Positions 1-11,757 of a stretch of 64,000 nucleotides of DNA are shown here, one piece after another. The position numbers and the translations under genes were made by a program. A model generated the notes under the pieces. It worked only from the letters and a program-made list of their open reading frames with translations, did no database searches and was not told the DNA's origin. Origin of the DNA: Candidatus Rokuibacteriota bacterium (GTDB lineage Bacteria > Methylomirabilota > Methylomirabilia > Rokubacteriales > CSP1-6). The stretch covers positions 1,041 to 65,040 of the forward strand of contig QHSV01000236.1 in the NCBI GenBank assembly GCA_003221655.1. Reading direction: 5' to 3'. Numbering within the stretch: position 1 is the stretch's first letter; each line of letters starts with the position of its first letter.

Positions 1-1
1 G

Positions 2-1312
<1,311 letters not shown>

Positions 1313-1355
1313 CGTCCAGGATGCGATCGCAATTGTCGGTGAGGGAGGGGATGCG

Positions 1356-2423
1356 ATGAGCGACCCGATCAGGATCAGCCGTGCGGCCACGAAGAAGCCG
1401 AAGCCCAAGGACAGCGAGCTCACGTTCGGGACCGTCTTCACCGACCACATGTTCGTCATGGACTTCCAGGAGGAGAAGGGCTGGTACGATCCGCGGGTGG
1501 AGCCGTACGGGCCCTTCCCGCTGGATCCGGCGGCGGCCGTGCTCCACTACGCCCAGGCGGTGTTCGACGGCCTCAAGGCCTTCCGCGGGCGCGACGGCCA
1601 GGTCCGGCTCTTCCGGCCCCAGAAGCACGTGGAGCGGCTGATCCAGTCGTCACAGCGCCTGTGCATCCCGCCGCTCGATCCCGACCTCGCGCTGAAGTCG
1701 CTCGTGACCCTCGTCGGGATCGAGAAGGACTGGGTGCCGTCCACGGTGGGGACGTCGCTCTACGTCCGACCGACGATCATCGCGAGCGAGCCGTTTCTCG
1801 GCGTCCGGCCGGCGAAGTCCTACATCTATTACGTGATCCTGTCGCCCGTCGGCGCGTACTACCCCGAGGGGATCAATCCCGTGAAGATCCTCGTCGTCGA
1901 CAAGTATGTCCGTGCCGTCGAGGGCGGGGTGGGCGGCGCCAAGACCGGCGTCAACTATGCGGCGAGCCTCTACGCCGCGGAGGAGGCGAAGCACGCCGGG
2001 TTCACCCAGGTGCTGTGGCTCGACGGTCGAGAGCGCAAATACATCGACGAAGTGGGTACGATGAACATCATGATGAAGATCGGAGACGAGATCGTCACGC
2101 CGCCCCTCAGCGGAACGATCCTGGCCGGCGTCACGCGCGACTCGGCGCTGTCGCTGATGCGCGACTGGGGCCTCAGAGTCTCCGAGCGGCCGGTGACGAT
2201 CGACGAGGTCGCGGCCGCCGCGCGCAAGGGGACGCTCGAGGAGGTCTGGGGCACCGGCACCGCCGCGGTCATTTCACCCGTCGGCGAGCTCGCGTACAAG
2301 GGCGAGCGGCTCGTGATCAACGGAGGGCGGATCGGCACGCTGACCCAGAAGCTCTACGACGCGATCGTGGGGATCCAGTACGGGACGGCGCCGGATACCC
2401 GGGGCTGGACGGTTCCGGTCTAG
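1356..2423 (+). CDS. ilvE: branched-chain amino acid aminotransferase
   Basis: FGTVFTDHMF, LHYAQAVFDGLKAF, AKTGVNYA (PLP Lys), ILAGVTRDS, GTGTAAVISPVG. GGAGG RBS. Confidence 0.95.
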   Translation: MSDPIRISRAATKKPKPKDSELTFGTVFTDHMFVMDFQEEKGWYDPRVEPYGPFPLDPAAAVLHYAQAVFDGLKAFRGRDGQVRLFRPQKHVERLIQSSQRLCIPPLDPDLALKSLVTLVGIEKDWVPSTVGTSLYVRPTIIASEPFLGVRPAKSYIYYVILSPVGAYYPEGINPVKILVVDKYVRAVEGGVGGAKTGVNYAASLYAAEEAKHAGFTQVLWLDGRERKYIDEVGTMNIMMKIGDEIVTPPLSGTILAGVTRDSALSLMRDWGLRVSERPVTIDEVAAAARKGTLEEVWGTGTAAVISPVGELAYKGERLVINGGRIGTLTQKLYDAIVGIQYGTAPDTRGWTVPV

Positions 2424-2432
2424 GCGACACCG

Positions 2433-2855
2433 ATGAGCGACTGCCTCTTCTGCAAGATCCGCGACGGGCAGGTTCCCTCGATGAAGATCTACGAGGACGA
2501 GCGGACACTCTGCATCATGGACATCAACCCGCTCAACTCCGGTCACTGCCTGGTGCTCACCCGGGTGCACGCCGCGACGATCTTCGACGCGGATCCGGCT
2601 GACCTGCAGGCCGCGATCACCACGGCCAAGCGTGTCGCCACGGCGCAGCGGGCGGCGCTGCAGCCGGACGGCCTGAACATGCTCCAGGCCAACGGCCCGG
2701 CCGCCTTCCAGTCGGTGCCGCACTTCCACCTGCATCTCATTCCGCGCTGGACCAACGACGGCAAGGGGTTCGACTGGAAGCTCGTCCCCGGCGACCGAGA
2801 GCGGATGATGAAGGTCGGCGAGAAGCTCCGCGCCGCGCTCCGCGGAGCGGCATGA
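2433..2855 (+). CDS. HIT family (histidine triad) nucleotide hydrolase
   Basis: DCLFCKI N-terminus and [13 protein letters not shown] triad. Confidence 0.93.
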   Translation: MSDCLFCKIRDGQVPSMKIYEDERTLCIMDINPLNSGHCLVLTRVHAATIFDADPADLQAAITTAKRVATAQRAALQPDGLNMLQANGPAAFQSVPHFHLHLIPRWTNDGKGFDWKLVPGDRERMMKVGEKLRAALRGAA

Positions 2856-3259
2856 TGGTCGAACGGTCGATTCGCGTCGTCGTCGCCAAGCCGGGTCTCG
2901 ACGGCCACGACCGCGGAGCCAAGATCGTCGCGCGGGCGCTGCGCGACGCGGGCTTCGAGGTGATCTACACCGGGCTCCACCAGACGCCCGAGCAGATCGT
3001 CGCCACGGCGATCCAGGAGGACGCCGACGCCATCGGGCTCTCCGTCCTCTCCGGCGCCCACAACTACCTCTTCCAGCGGGTCCTCGAGTTGCTCGCCGAG
3101 CATGGCGCAGCGGATATCGCGGTCTTCGGGGGCGGGATCATCCCCCCCGAGGACATCGCCGCCCTCAAGGCGATGGGAGTCAAGGAGTTGTTCACGCCCG
3201 GCACCTCGACCCAGGACATCGTCCGGTTTGTCCGCGAGCACATTCGCGCGGCGGTCTGA
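2852..3259 (+). CDS. acyl-CoA mutase small (cobalamin-binding) subunit
   Basis: [13 protein letters not shown] (DxHxxG), SVLSGAH, GGIIP. ATGA overlap with the HIT gene. Confidence 0.95.
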   Translation: MMVERSIRVVVAKPGLDGHDRGAKIVARALRDAGFEVIYTGLHQTPEQIVATAIQEDADAIGLSVLSGAHNYLFQRVLELLAEHGAADIAVFGGGIIPPEDIAALKAMGVKELFTPGTSTQDIVRFVREHIRAAV

Positions 3260-3265
3260 ATTCTC

Positions 3266-4411
3266 GTGGACTTCGACCTGACCCCCGAACAGCAGCAGCT
3301 CCGTGACGTCGCACGCGAGTTCGCCCGGGCCGAGCTCGGCGACAAGATCGCGCCGTTCGACGAGCGCCACGAGTTTCCCCACGAGATCGTGACGAAGCTG
3401 GGCCCGCTCGGCTTCCTCGGCGCTCTCGTGGGCGAAGAGTTCGGCGGCGCGGGGCTCGATTATGTGTCCTTCGCGCTGATCGTGGAAGAGCTCTGCCGCG
3501 GCGACGCGTCGATCGGCATAACGATGTGGGCGCACAACTCGCTCTGCGCCAACCACATCGCGATCTTCGGGTCGCCCGAGCAGAAGCGGAAATACCTACC
3601 GCCCCTCGCCAGCGGCCAGGTGCTGGGGGCCTGGGGCCTCACCGAGCCGGGCTCGGGCTCCGACGCCGCGGCGCTCGCCACGCGCGCCGAGCTCAGAGAC
3701 GGCGAGTGGGTCCTGAACGGGAGCAAGGCCTTCATTACCAACGCATCGGTCGCCTCGACCGCGGTGGTCATGGCCCGCACCGGCCCGGAGCGGAGGTCCA
3801 AGGGCATCTCCACCTTCATCCTCGAGAAGGGCATGCCCGGTTTCCGCAGCGGCAAGCCCTATCGCAAGCTCGGCCTGCACGCGTCGAACACAGCCGAGCT
3901 GATCTTCGAGGACGCCCGCGTCCCCGAGGCCAACTTGCTGGGTGAGCGTGGCACCGGGTTCGAGCAGGCCATGAAGGTGCTGGAGGGGGGGCGCATCGCG
4001 ATGGCGGCGATGGGGGTGGGCATCGCGCAAGCGGCGGTGGACCAAGCGGTCAAGTACATGAAGCAGCGCACCGCGTTCGGGAAGACACTCGCCGAGTTCA
4101 ACGGGCTCCAGGGCATGATCGCCGACCTCGCCACCGAGGTCGAGGTGGCGCGACTGCTCACGCTGCGCGCGGCGTATTTGAAAGACGCGGGCCGGCCGGC
4201 AATGCACGCGGCGGCGATGGCCAAGCTGTTCGCGTCCGAGGCGGCAATGAAGGCGGCGACGAAGGCCGTGCAGATCCACGGCGGCGCCGGCTACATCACG
4301 GAGTTCCCGGTCGAGCGTATCTTCCGGGACGCGAAGCTCACCGAGATCGGCGAAGGCACGTCCGAGATCCAGCGCATGCTCATCGCCCGGGAGATCCTTC
4401 AGCTCACGTGA
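3266..4411 (+). CDS. acyl-CoA dehydrogenase (short/branched chain)
   Basis: [41 protein letters not shown]. Confidence 0.95.
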   Translation: MDFDLTPEQQQLRDVAREFARAELGDKIAPFDERHEFPHEIVTKLGPLGFLGALVGEEFGGAGLDYVSFALIVEELCRGDASIGITMWAHNSLCANHIAIFGSPEQKRKYLPPLASGQVLGAWGLTEPGSGSDAAALATRAELRDGEWVLNGSKAFITNASVASTAVVMARTGPERRSKGISTFILEKGMPGFRSGKPYRKLGLHASNTAELIFEDARVPEANLLGERGTGFEQAMKVLEGGRIAMAAMGVGIAQAAVDQAVKYMKQRTAFGKTLAEFNGLQGMIADLATEVEVARLLTLRAAYLKDAGRPAMHAAAMAKLFASEAAMKAATKAVQIHGGAGYITEFPVERIFRDAKLTEIGEGTSEIQRMLIAREILQLT

Positions 4412-5190
4412 CGGCGGCGCGCGGCGAGCTGATCGCCATCGAGGGCGTCACCAAGCGCTATCTCACCAGCTCGGGCCCGGTGGAAGCGCTCCACGACGTT
4501 TCGCTCTCGGTCGGGGAGGGCGACTTCTGCACGCTCATCGGCCCTTCCGGGTGCGGCAAGTCCACGCTGCTCGGCATGCTCGGCGGCCTCGTGGCGCCCG
4601 ACGAGGGGCGCCTCCTGGTCGACGGCCAGCCGGTGACGACGCCGGACCCGCGGCGCGTCGCCACCGTGTTCCAGGACGCCGGCCTCTTCCCGTGGCGGAC
4701 CGCGCTGCAGAACGTCGAATTCGGCCTCGAGCTCCAGGGCGTGCCGGCCGCACGCCGTCGCCGGACGGCCAGCGAGCTGCTCGGCCCGCTCGGGCTCTCC
4801 GGCTTTGCCGAGAAGTACCCGCGCGAGCTGTCGGGCGGGATGAAGCAGCGCGTAGCGATCGGGCGCGCGCTGGCGATCGACGCGAAGATCCTCCTGATGG
4901 ACGAGCCGTTCGGCGCGCTCGACGAGCAGACGCGGGTCCTGATGGGCGAGTGGCTCCTCGACATCTGGCGGCGTACGCGCAAAACCGTCATCTTCGTGAC
5001 CCACAGCCTGCACGAGGCGCTGTTCCTGTCGACCCGCGTCGCCGTCATGACGGCCCGGCCCGGGCGGATCAAATCGATCCTGGAGCTGTCGATGGAATAC
5101 CCGCGGTCGGTGGAGTCGCCCGAGATGGCGGCGCTCCGCGCCAAGCTCTGGAGCGAGATCCGCGAGGAGTCGCTGCGGGCGATGCGGTGA
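4408..5190 (+). CDS. NitT/TauT-family ABC transporter ATP-binding protein
   Basis: [35 protein letters not shown]. Confidence 0.93.
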   Translation: MTAARGELIAIEGVTKRYLTSSGPVEALHDVSLSVGEGDFCTLIGPSGCGKSTLLGMLGGLVAPDEGRLLVDGQPVTTPDPRRVATVFQDAGLFPWRTALQNVEFGLELQGVPAARRRRTASELLGPLGLSGFAEKYPRELSGGMKQRVAIGRALAIDAKILLMDEPFGALDEQTRVLMGEWLLDIWRRTRKTVIFVTHSLHEALFLSTRVAVMTARPGRIKSILELSMEYPRSVESPEMAALRAKLWSEIREESLRAMR

Positions 5191-5933
5191 GAGTCCTCTG
5201 GTTGCGCCTCGGTCTTCTCGCCGCCCTCCTGGCGGTCTGGGAGGTCGCGGGACGCGCCGCGAACCCGCTCCTCGCCGTACCACCCTCGGCAGTCCTCCCG
5301 GCATTGCGCGATCTTCTGCTGCTCCGCTCCTACCCCGAGCTGCCGGCGAGCCTCTGGCTGACGCTGCGCGAGATCGGGGCGGCGTACATGCTGGCGGTCG
5401 CGGCCGGACTCGGCTGCGGCTTCGTGCTCGGCATGCACCGGCTCGTCGGTCGCGTCTGGGGACCCATGTTGGCGGCGCTCTACGCAGTGCCGGCGGTCGT
5501 CTGGTACCCCTCCCTGATGCTCTTCTTCGGCCTCGACGCGGCCTCGAAGATCGCATTCGGCTTCCTGCTGGGCTTCTTTCCGATCACCCTGTCGGTTCTC
5601 GCCGGCGTTCGCCAGGTGAACCCGCAGTTCGTCACCGTCGCGCGCGCGTACGGCGCGGGCGCGGTGACCGTCTTCCGTCGGGTCATGTTGCCCTCGATGC
5701 TCTTCACGCTCGTAGGGGGACTGCGGACCGGGCTCGCGCTGTGCGTGATCGGCGTCATCGTCGGTGAGATCCTCGGCTCGAAGGCCGGCATAGGTGCTCT
5801 CATCAACCACGCGTACGGTCTTCTACGGACCGCGGACTACGTCGCGCTCGTACTCGTGACGCTGCTCCTGGTCGTCGGCTCTGACGTCCTCGCGAGCCTC
5901 CTCGAGCGCCGTGCCCGGCAGTGGACGGAATGA
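5187..5933 (+). CDS. NitT/TauT-family ABC transporter permease
   Basis: GTG overlaps the ATPase stop. Multiple TM segments, PPSAV and an EAA-like loop (VARAYGA). The start lies inside track ORF 4551..5933. Confidence 0.88.
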   Translation: MRVLWLRLGLLAALLAVWEVAGRAANPLLAVPPSAVLPALRDLLLLRSYPELPASLWLTLREIGAAYMLAVAAGLGCGFVLGMHRLVGRVWGPMLAALYAVPAVVWYPSLMLFFGLDAASKIAFGFLLGFFPITLSVLAGVRQVNPQFVTVARAYGAGAVTVFRRVMLPSMLFTLVGGLRTGLALCVIGVIVGEILGSKAGIGALINHAYGLLRTADYVALVLVTLLLVVGSDVLASLLERRARQWTE

Positions 5934-5947
5934 GGCGACACCCCAAC

Positions 5948-6084
5948 GGTGGTCCGCAGGAGCGGAGCCGGCTCGCGCCCGTCTCAGGCCATCGCTTCCC
6001 GAAGGGTGGTCCGCAGGAGCGGAGCCGGGTCGCACCCGTCTCAGGCCACCCCCGGTCCAAGCCGGCCTCATGGACCCCGCTACA
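5948..6084. repeat. family-1 dispersed repeat, copy A (unit 6005-6084 plus duplicated 44-bp module 5948-5991)
   Basis: GGTGGTCCGCAGGAGCGGAGCCGG(C/G)TCGC(G/A)CCCGTCTCAGGCCA occurs twice with a 57-bp period. The reverse complement aligns with 20794, 46246 and 61138. Confidence 0.85.
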
Positions 6085-6566
6085 ATAATCCGAGTCCGGG
6101 TCCTCCAGCTCGTGACCGTGCTCGCCGCGGTCGTTTCGTGGGAGGTCGTGGCGCGGGCGGGGTGGGTCGATCCGCTCTTCGTCCCGGCGCCGAGCGCTGT
6201 CGCCCGGGCGCTCCTCCGGATCGGCGGCACCGCGTTCGCCGGGCTGGGCGACACGCTCGGCAAGACCGCGGTCGCCTACGTGCTGTCGGTGACGCTCGGC
6301 GTCTCTACTGGAAGGTGCTGCTCCCGGCGATCGTCCCGTCGGTGCTCGCGGGGATGCGGCTCGGCGTCGTGTTCTGCCTGCTCGGGGTCCTCGTGGTCGA
6401 AATGTTCGCCGGGGTCCGTGGCATGGGCTACGTCATGGGCTCGCTCGCCAATGGCTTCCAGGCCCCCGAGCTGTTCGCGGCGACCGGGCTCGTGTCGGCG
6501 GCGTCGATCGCGATCGTTCTGGCGCTCGACCACCTGAACGACAAGCTCTCACACTGGCGCGGCTGA
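6070..6566 (+). pseudogene. second NitT/TauT permease with internal deletion and frameshift
   Basis: Permease N-terminus (WEVVARAGWVDPLFVPAPSAV...VTLGV) is in one frame and the C-terminus (LYWKVLLPAIVPSVLAGMRLG...EMFAG) in another. Junction at ~6300-6310. The central TM/EAA region is missing. Confidence 0.75.
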
Positions 6567-6675
6567 TCCCGTCCGGTCCAGGGTTTCTCAGGCCGCCGCC
6601 CAATTCCTGAACACCCCCCTCGTCACGTCTGCCGAAGCGCCCGAGATATCATTGGGTTAGCCCACTGTCCATCCC

Positions 6676-6691
6676 TGGAATGCCAATTGCT
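6676..6691 (+). promoter_or_regulatory. sigma54-type -24/-12 promoter
   Basis: TGGAATGCCAATTGCT has GG at 6677-78 and GC at 6689-90, the exact GG-N10-GC spacing. Followed by an AGGAGG RBS and ATG 6720. Confidence 0.65.
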
Positions 6692-6719
6692 ATTTCCTGG
6701 ACACAGGAGGGAAACGGCA

Positions 6720-6923
6720 ATGGGCTCCTTGGTCGCGGCAGAGGTCGTCACCGTATACATGGCACTCGACGGCGCGCTCCACCACTCCCGGTGCAGTCAG
6801 CGGCTTTTACTCCACGGACAACGCGCGGGCCTCGAGCTCGACTTCTACTGCCTGGCGTGCGCCGAGTCCGTGACGATCCCGTTCTGCGTAATCGAGCGCA
6901 TCCCGATCGCGTACGGCGCCTAG
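6720..6923 (+). CDS. small hypothetical protein (67 aa) with HxxC and CxxC motifs, possible zinc ribbon
   Basis: Strong RBS (CAGGAGG), promoter upstream, GC3-rich codons. LHHSRC...FYCLAC. Confidence 0.75.
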   Translation: MGSLVAAEVVTVYMALDGALHHSRCSQRLLLHGQRAGLELDFYCLACAESVTIPFCVIERIPIAYGA

Positions 6924-6928
6924 CCCTC

Positions 6929-7837
6929 CTACTCACCCCGAAGGGTCGGATCGAGGAGATCGCGGAGCCAGTCTCCCGTGCGGCTCACGACGATGGACGT
7001 GAGCATCAGCACGATCCCGGGAGCCGTCGAGATCCACCACGCCGAGTCGAGATACTCCCGCCCCTCGTGGACCATCCCGCCCCAGGACGGCGTCGGCGGC
7101 TGAACGCCGAGGCCGAGGAACGAAAGCGTCGCCTCGAGCACGATCGCGCGGGCCAGCTCGAGCGTGGCGATGACGACGAGCGACGAGAGCACATTGGGAA
7201 GGATGTGGCGGGCGATCACGCGCGCCACCGAGCCCCCGAGGGCGTGGATCGCGTCGACGAACTCGCGTGAGCGCAGCACCAGCACCTGCGATCGGAGGAC
7301 GCGCGCGTAGGTGACCCACCCCGAGAGCCCGATGACGACGATCAGCGTGGGGAAGCTCGGCCCGAGCACCGCGATGATCCCGATCGCGAGCAGGATGAAG
7401 GGAAACGCGAGCTGGGCGTCGGCGAGCGTCATGATCATGCTGTCGGTCCAGCCGCCGCGGAAGCCGGCCAGGAGGCCGAGCGTGGTGCCGACGATTCCGC
7501 CGACCACCACAGCCGCGAAGCCGACCAGCAGCGAGACCCGCGCCCCGTGGATCATGCGCGAGAGGACGTCGCGCTCGAGGTGGTCGGTGCCGAGCACGTG
7601 CGCCTTGCCATCGGCGGCAGAGAGCGTGGGGGCCGCCAGCCGCGCCCGCAGCGACTGGCGGACGGGATCGTGCGGCGCAATCACCGGCGCGGCCAGCGCG
7701 GTCACGACCAGCAGCAAGACAAACACCCCGCCGCCGAGCGCCATCCGCCGGGTTCGTCGCCCACGGCTCGAGCGGACCGTCGCCGCCCCGGCCGGGCCCA
7801 CGTCAGATCGAGCGGACGCGGGGATCGAGGAGACCAT
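6929..7837 (-). CDS. peptide/nickel ABC transporter permease (DppC-like)
   Basis: HVLGTDHLERDVLSR, REFVDAIHALG, EATLSFLGLG, PSWG. The start may instead be GTG 7801. Confidence 0.9.
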   Translation of the reverse strand: MVSSIPASARSDVGPAGAATVRSSRGRRTRRMALGGGVFVLLLVVTALAAPVIAPHDPVRQSLRARLAAPTLSAADGKAHVLGTDHLERDVLSRMIHGARVSLLVGFAAVVVGGIVGTTLGLLAGFRGGWTDSMIMTLADAQLAFPFILLAIGIIAVLGPSFPTLIVVIGLSGWVTYARVLRSQVLVLRSREFVDAIHALGGSVARVIARHILPNVLSSLVVIATLELARAIVLEATLSFLGLGVQPPTPSWGGMVHEGREYLDSAWWISTAPGIVLMLTSIVVSRTGDWLRDLLDPTLRGE

Positions 7838-8729
7838 AGACCAGGTCGATGCAGAAGTTGATCACGATGAAGAGTACGGTCGACAGGAACACCGTGCACT
7901 GCACGACGGGGTAGTCGCGGTTGTAGATCGACTGGATCGCGAGCCGTCCGATGCCCGGCCACGCAAATACCGTCTCCGTCACGACGGCGCCGCCGAGCAG
8001 CGTGCCGAACTGCAGCCCGGTGATGGTGACGATCGGGACGGCCGCGTTCTTCAGCGTGTGCTTGGTGACGACCAGCGCCTCGGACAGGCCCTTGGCGCGG
8101 GCGGTCCGGATGTAGTCCGCGCGCAGCACTTCGAGCACCGCCGACCGGGTGAGCCGGGCGATCGAGGCCATGGCGAAGGCGCCGAGCGTGAGCGCGGGCA
8201 GGACGAGATTCCGCCAGTCCTCCCGGCCGGAGGTCGGCAGGAGGCCGAGCTTCAGCGAGACGACCAGGATCAGGAGAATCCCGATGAAGAACGTCGGCGC
8301 GGACTGGCCGACGAGCGCCAGTCCCATGGTGACCTGGTCGACCGGGGAGTTGCGCCGAACCGCAGAGACCACGCCGATGGGCAGGGCGACGAGCGACGCG
8401 AGGACGAACGCCGTCAGGCCGAGCTCGAATGTCGCCGGCAGGTAGCCGAGTACCACGCGAAAGGCGGGCTGGCGAAAGTGGATCGACCGGCCGAAGTCCC
8501 CGCGGAGAACGTTGCCGAGGAAGACAACGTATTGCACAGGCAGGGGACGGTCGAGGCCGAGCTCGGCGCGGACGCGGAAGATCTCGCTGCGCGGGGCGTC
8601 GGGAGGCAAGAGCAACGGCACGGGATCGCCCGACAGGCGCATGACCACGAAGACGACGGTCGAGACGAGCCAGAGCGCGACCGCCGCGCGGAGGAGTCGG
8701 GAGCCGAGGAACGGGAGGAGCCCGCGCAT
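7803..8729 (-). CDS. peptide/nickel ABC transporter permease (DppB-like)
   Basis: GDFGRS, DYIRTARAKGL, ETVFAWPGIG, LDPRVR. Confidence 0.93.
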   Translation of the reverse strand: MRGLLPFLGSRLLRAAVALWLVSTVVFVVMRLSGDPVPLLLPPDAPRSEIFRVRAELGLDRPLPVQYVVFLGNVLRGDFGRSIHFRQPAFRVVLGYLPATFELGLTAFVLASLVALPIGVVSAVRRNSPVDQVTMGLALVGQSAPTFFIGILLILVVSLKLGLLPTSGREDWRNLVLPALTLGAFAMASIARLTRSAVLEVLRADYIRTARAKGLSEALVVTKHTLKNAAVPIVTITGLQFGTLLGGAVVTETVFAWPGIGRLAIQSIYNRDYPVVQCTVFLSTVLFIVINFCIDLVYGLLDPRVRSI

Positions 8730-8774
8730 AGGCGCGGGGGCGGAACCCGCCAGGCTCCGCCCCCGGAAGCCGGT

Positions 8775-10319
8775 CTACGCGCGGCGGAACTTGAAGTTGA
8801 AGCGGCGGATCTCGAGCTGCTGCAGCGGGTCCGGCGTCCACTCCACGTGCTTCTGGAGCCCGTAGTCCTCGTACGGCTGGATCACCGGAATCCACGGAAA
8901 GTGCTCCAGGGAGATCTTGGTCATCTTCCGGTACGCGTCGGCGCGGAACTTCTCGTCGACCGAGAAGCGGGCGGCGTTGCCGAGCTCGTCGAACTCGGGA
9001 TGACGCCAGTAGTCCTGCGGGCCACCGGGACCGAGCAGGCGCCACATCATGCCGTCGGGGTCGCGCAGCGTTGACGTCGGATCCGACCACCACACGCCCT
9101 TGAAGCTCTTGTCGCGGTTCTTCTGGGCGCGCACGGAATACTCGAAGAGCTCGACCTTGGCGTTGACCCCGGCGTCGCGCCACATGGCCTGAACGGCCTC
9201 GGCCATGGTCCTGTCGCCCGCCATGTAGCCCGCGGTGGTTTCGATGACGATCTCCTCGTTCTTGTAGCCGGCCTTGCGCAGACGCTCCCTGGCTTCCTTT
9301 GGATCGTAGGCGAGGGGCGGCAGCGAAGCGTCGAAGTGATTGTCGCCCTTGGCGATGGGGCCGCTGGGAACGACGCCTCGTCCTCGCCACAGCTCCTTGA
9401 CGATGGTCTCCCGGTCGATGGCCAGTGAGAGCGCCTGCTTGACCAGCGGGTTGTCGAGCGGCGGCCGCTTCGAGTTCACGGCGAGCACGTAGAGCCCGCC
9501 GTAGAGGGCGCCGCTCACCAGGGTGCCGGCGTTGGCCTTGACTCGTTCGCCCTGGTCGGGCGGAACCTGGGTGATCAGATCCACTTCGCCCTTGAGCAGG
9601 GCCGCCACCCGGGGCGCCATCTCGGGCAGGGCCCGAACGATGAGGCGATCGAAGTCCACACGGCCGCCCCAGTAGTCCGGGTTCGCCTCGAGCACGACCC
9701 TGTCGTCCTTCGTCCAGGAGACAAAGCGCACGGGTCCCGTGCCGACCGGCTTCTGGTTGAAGGTGTCGGGGCCGACCGCGTCCAGGTATTTCTTGGGCAC
9801 GATCTGCCCGCCGTAGAACCCGAGCCGCGCGGGCAGCAGCGGATCGGGCTTCTTGGTGTGAATGATCAGCGTCGCCGGGTCCGGCGCCTCGAGCCTATCT
9901 ACGGTCGTGAAGACGGTGTTGACCCGCATTTTGGTATTGGGATCGTAGGTGCGCTCGATGCTGAACTTGGCGTCCGCCGAGCTGAAGGGGTCGCCGTTGT
10001 GCCACTTGACGCCCTGGCGCAGCTTGAACACCCACGTCGTCTGGCCCTGGAGCTTCCACTCCATCGCGAGGCCCGGCGCCAGCTTGCCGTCCGGGCGCCG
10101 GCTCGTCAGGTTGTCGAAGAGATTGAACGAGATGCGGATGTCGTTCGACGATGTGCTCATGTGCGGGTCGAACTGGGCGACGTCGCCGCCCTGAGCGACG
10201 ACGAGCTCGCGCTTCTGCGTACCTTGCGAGTGCGCGGGGCTCGCGATCACGCCCGGCAGCGCGGCGCTGGCTCCGGCTGCCGCGATCTTGAGTACCTCCC
10301 GGCGGGTCATCTCGGCCAT
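8775..10319 (-). CDS. peptide ABC transporter substrate-binding protein (family 5), Tat signal
   Basis: TRREVLK twin-arginine motif, FKLRQGVKWHNG, PVGTGP. GGGAGG RBS. Confidence 0.93.
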   Translation of the reverse strand: MAEMTRREVLKIAAAGASAALPGVIASPAHSQGTQKRELVVAQGGDVAQFDPHMSTSSNDIRISFNLFDNLTSRRPDGKLAPGLAMEWKLQGQTTWVFKLRQGVKWHNGDPFSSADAKFSIERTYDPNTKMRVNTVFTTVDRLEAPDPATLIIHTKKPDPLLPARLGFYGGQIVPKKYLDAVGPDTFNQKPVGTGPVRFVSWTKDDRVVLEANPDYWGGRVDFDRLIVRALPEMAPRVAALLKGEVDLITQVPPDQGERVKANAGTLVSGALYGGLYVLAVNSKRPPLDNPLVKQALSLAIDRETIVKELWRGRGVVPSGPIAKGDNHFDASLPPLAYDPKEARERLRKAGYKNEEIVIETTAGYMAGDRTMAEAVQAMWRDAGVNAKVELFEYSVRAQKNRDKSFKGVWWSDPTSTLRDPDGMMWRLLGPGGPQDYWRHPEFDELGNAARFSVDEKFRADAYRKMTKISLEHFPWIPVIQPYEDYGLQKHVEWTPDPLQQLEIRRFNFKFRRA

Positions 10320-10419
10320 TACACGCCTCCCTCGGCGGTGCGTGGGTTTCGGACGTCAGAGGGCTCTATATGGGGGCGGTTCGCGACGCCTGTCAAGGCC
10401 CCGGCCCGCGGGCCGGGGC

Positions 10420-11745
10420 TTAGCTGGTGGCGGGAAGGGTGAGGGGTGAGCGGCGCACACGCGCCTGCACGTCAGTGACGACGTCCCGCTCGAGCGTGAT
10501 CTCGACCTCGTGCTGCTCCACCGACCAGTGACTGACCGTCGCGAGCCACCCGAAGCGGCGTTGACGCTGGGGCACGACCCGACGCCCGCGGTAGACGACC
10601 GTGCGCCGATCAGGCGTGGCGAGCTGCTCGTGCTCTTCGGGGGCGCCACCGCCGAGCCGCAAGACCTCCTCGTATCGCGTCGTCCCCGGCACGATGCGTG
10701 CGAGTGTATCGCGCGAGAAGATGACGCCGGTCTGCCGCGCGGCGTCGCCGGGCCCAAACTGAACGCGACTCGCGAGCTGCGCGCCCGCCCGACGCGCGAT
10801 CATCATGAAGAGGGGCATCGCCAGGTTGCCGAGGGCGAAGAAGACGATCGGGATCAGGACCGGCGCCCAAGACCGCAGGCCCTTGAAGTAGCCGAACTGC
10901 ACCGTCAGGACCTGGGGACTGATGCCTTCGGAGCGGTCGAGGAAGAGCGAGATCTCCTCGGTCGAGTCGAGCGTCTCGCTGAGCCGGCGTCCCGCCGTGC
11001 GCGGGAAGATGTCGTAGATCTTGAGGTGCTCGGCGTCGCGAAAGTTTAGGACGAGCTGCGACGGGTCGTCGGCGAGACGGATGACACGGTCCCGATGCTC
11101 GAAATAGAGCGGGAACAGGGCGCGCGGCCGCACGTCGTTGAACGTGAGCGAGATCGCGTGGTGCGGGCCCCAAAACGCGTCCTCGATCCACGTCGCCGTG
11201 CGCCGCTTGACGAGGTCCGTCACCTGCATCCGGAGGTTCATCAGCCAGGTGCGGTTGGCGAGCAGGGGCGTCCAGGGGATCCGCACGTAGGTCACGGGCG
11301 ACGTGAGGCCGAGCGGGCCACCCAGGCGGATGATCGTCACGAACGGCGCGCCGCCGGCGACGGGCTCGGGCGGCAGCTCCTCGCCGATACGATAGAGACT
11401 CTGCGCGAAGAGCGGCAGGCGCCCCTCCTTGATCGGCGTGAACCCGCGCGCCGCGACGTACGCGGCGAGCGCCGCGTCGGGCGGCCCGTCCGCCGCGCTC
11501 GCGCCGACCGAATTCGGCCAGAGGAGATAGAGATCCTGCTGGATGGCGGCGGCGCTCCGGGTCGGCGGGATCACGAGGCTCCAGAGGACGTCCAGCGTGA
11601 CGGCGCTGAGCTCGGGCGTCACGGTCGCGCGCACGAAGAGCGGGCCGATCGTGAACTCGGGGTTCGGCCGCGAGGCGAGGAAGACCTGTCCTTCGGCGGC
11701 AACGGGGGCCACGAGCAGGAGCGCCGCGATCCAGACGCGGATCAC
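10420..11745 (-). CDS. hypothetical exported membrane protein (paralog of 11758-13110)
   Basis: Signal peptide (…VAAEG-QVF), ~270-aa soluble domain, one TM (WAPVLIPIVFFALGNLA) and a basic C-terminal domain. Confidence 0.8.
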   Translation of the reverse strand: MIRVWIAALLLVAPVAAEGQVFLASRPNPEFTIGPLFVRATVTPELSAVTLDVLWSLVIPPTRSAAAIQQDLYLLWPNSVGASAADGPPDAALAAYVAARGFTPIKEGRLPLFAQSLYRIGEELPPEPVAGGAPFVTIIRLGGPLGLTSPVTYVRIPWTPLLANRTWLMNLRMQVTDLVKRRTATWIEDAFWGPHHAISLTFNDVRPRALFPLYFEHRDRVIRLADDPSQLVLNFRDAEHLKIYDIFPRTAGRRLSETLDSTEEISLFLDRSEGISPQVLTVQFGYFKGLRSWAPVLIPIVFFALGNLAMPLFMMIARRAGAQLASRVQFGPGDAARQTGVIFSRDTLARIVPGTTRYEEVLRLGGGAPEEHEQLATPDRRTVVYRGRRVVPQRQRRFGWLATVSHWSVEQHEVEITLERDVVTDVQARVRRSPLTLPATS

Positions 11746-11757
11746 CGGAGAGCTCTC

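Noticed and set aside
5948-6048. Two 44-bp direct repeats as a CRISPR array
   Set aside because: Only two units, a 13-bp spacer and no cas genes. The unit belongs to the dispersed family-1 repeat.
5934-6060. Tandem glycine riboswitch (CCGCAGGAGC...TCTCAGG resembles CCGAAGGAGC...CTCTCAGG)
   Set aside because: It lacks the upstream GGAGA element, and the CCGCAGG part is not conserved in the other three copies. A cmscan run would settle it.
8735-8764. GC hairpin between the dppA-like and dppB-like genes
   Set aside because: An ordinary post-SBP stem-loop with no U-tract, so not called a terminator.
6929-10319. Peptide ABC operon lacking ATPase genes
   Set aside because: A common arrangement, since ATPases are often shared from another locus.
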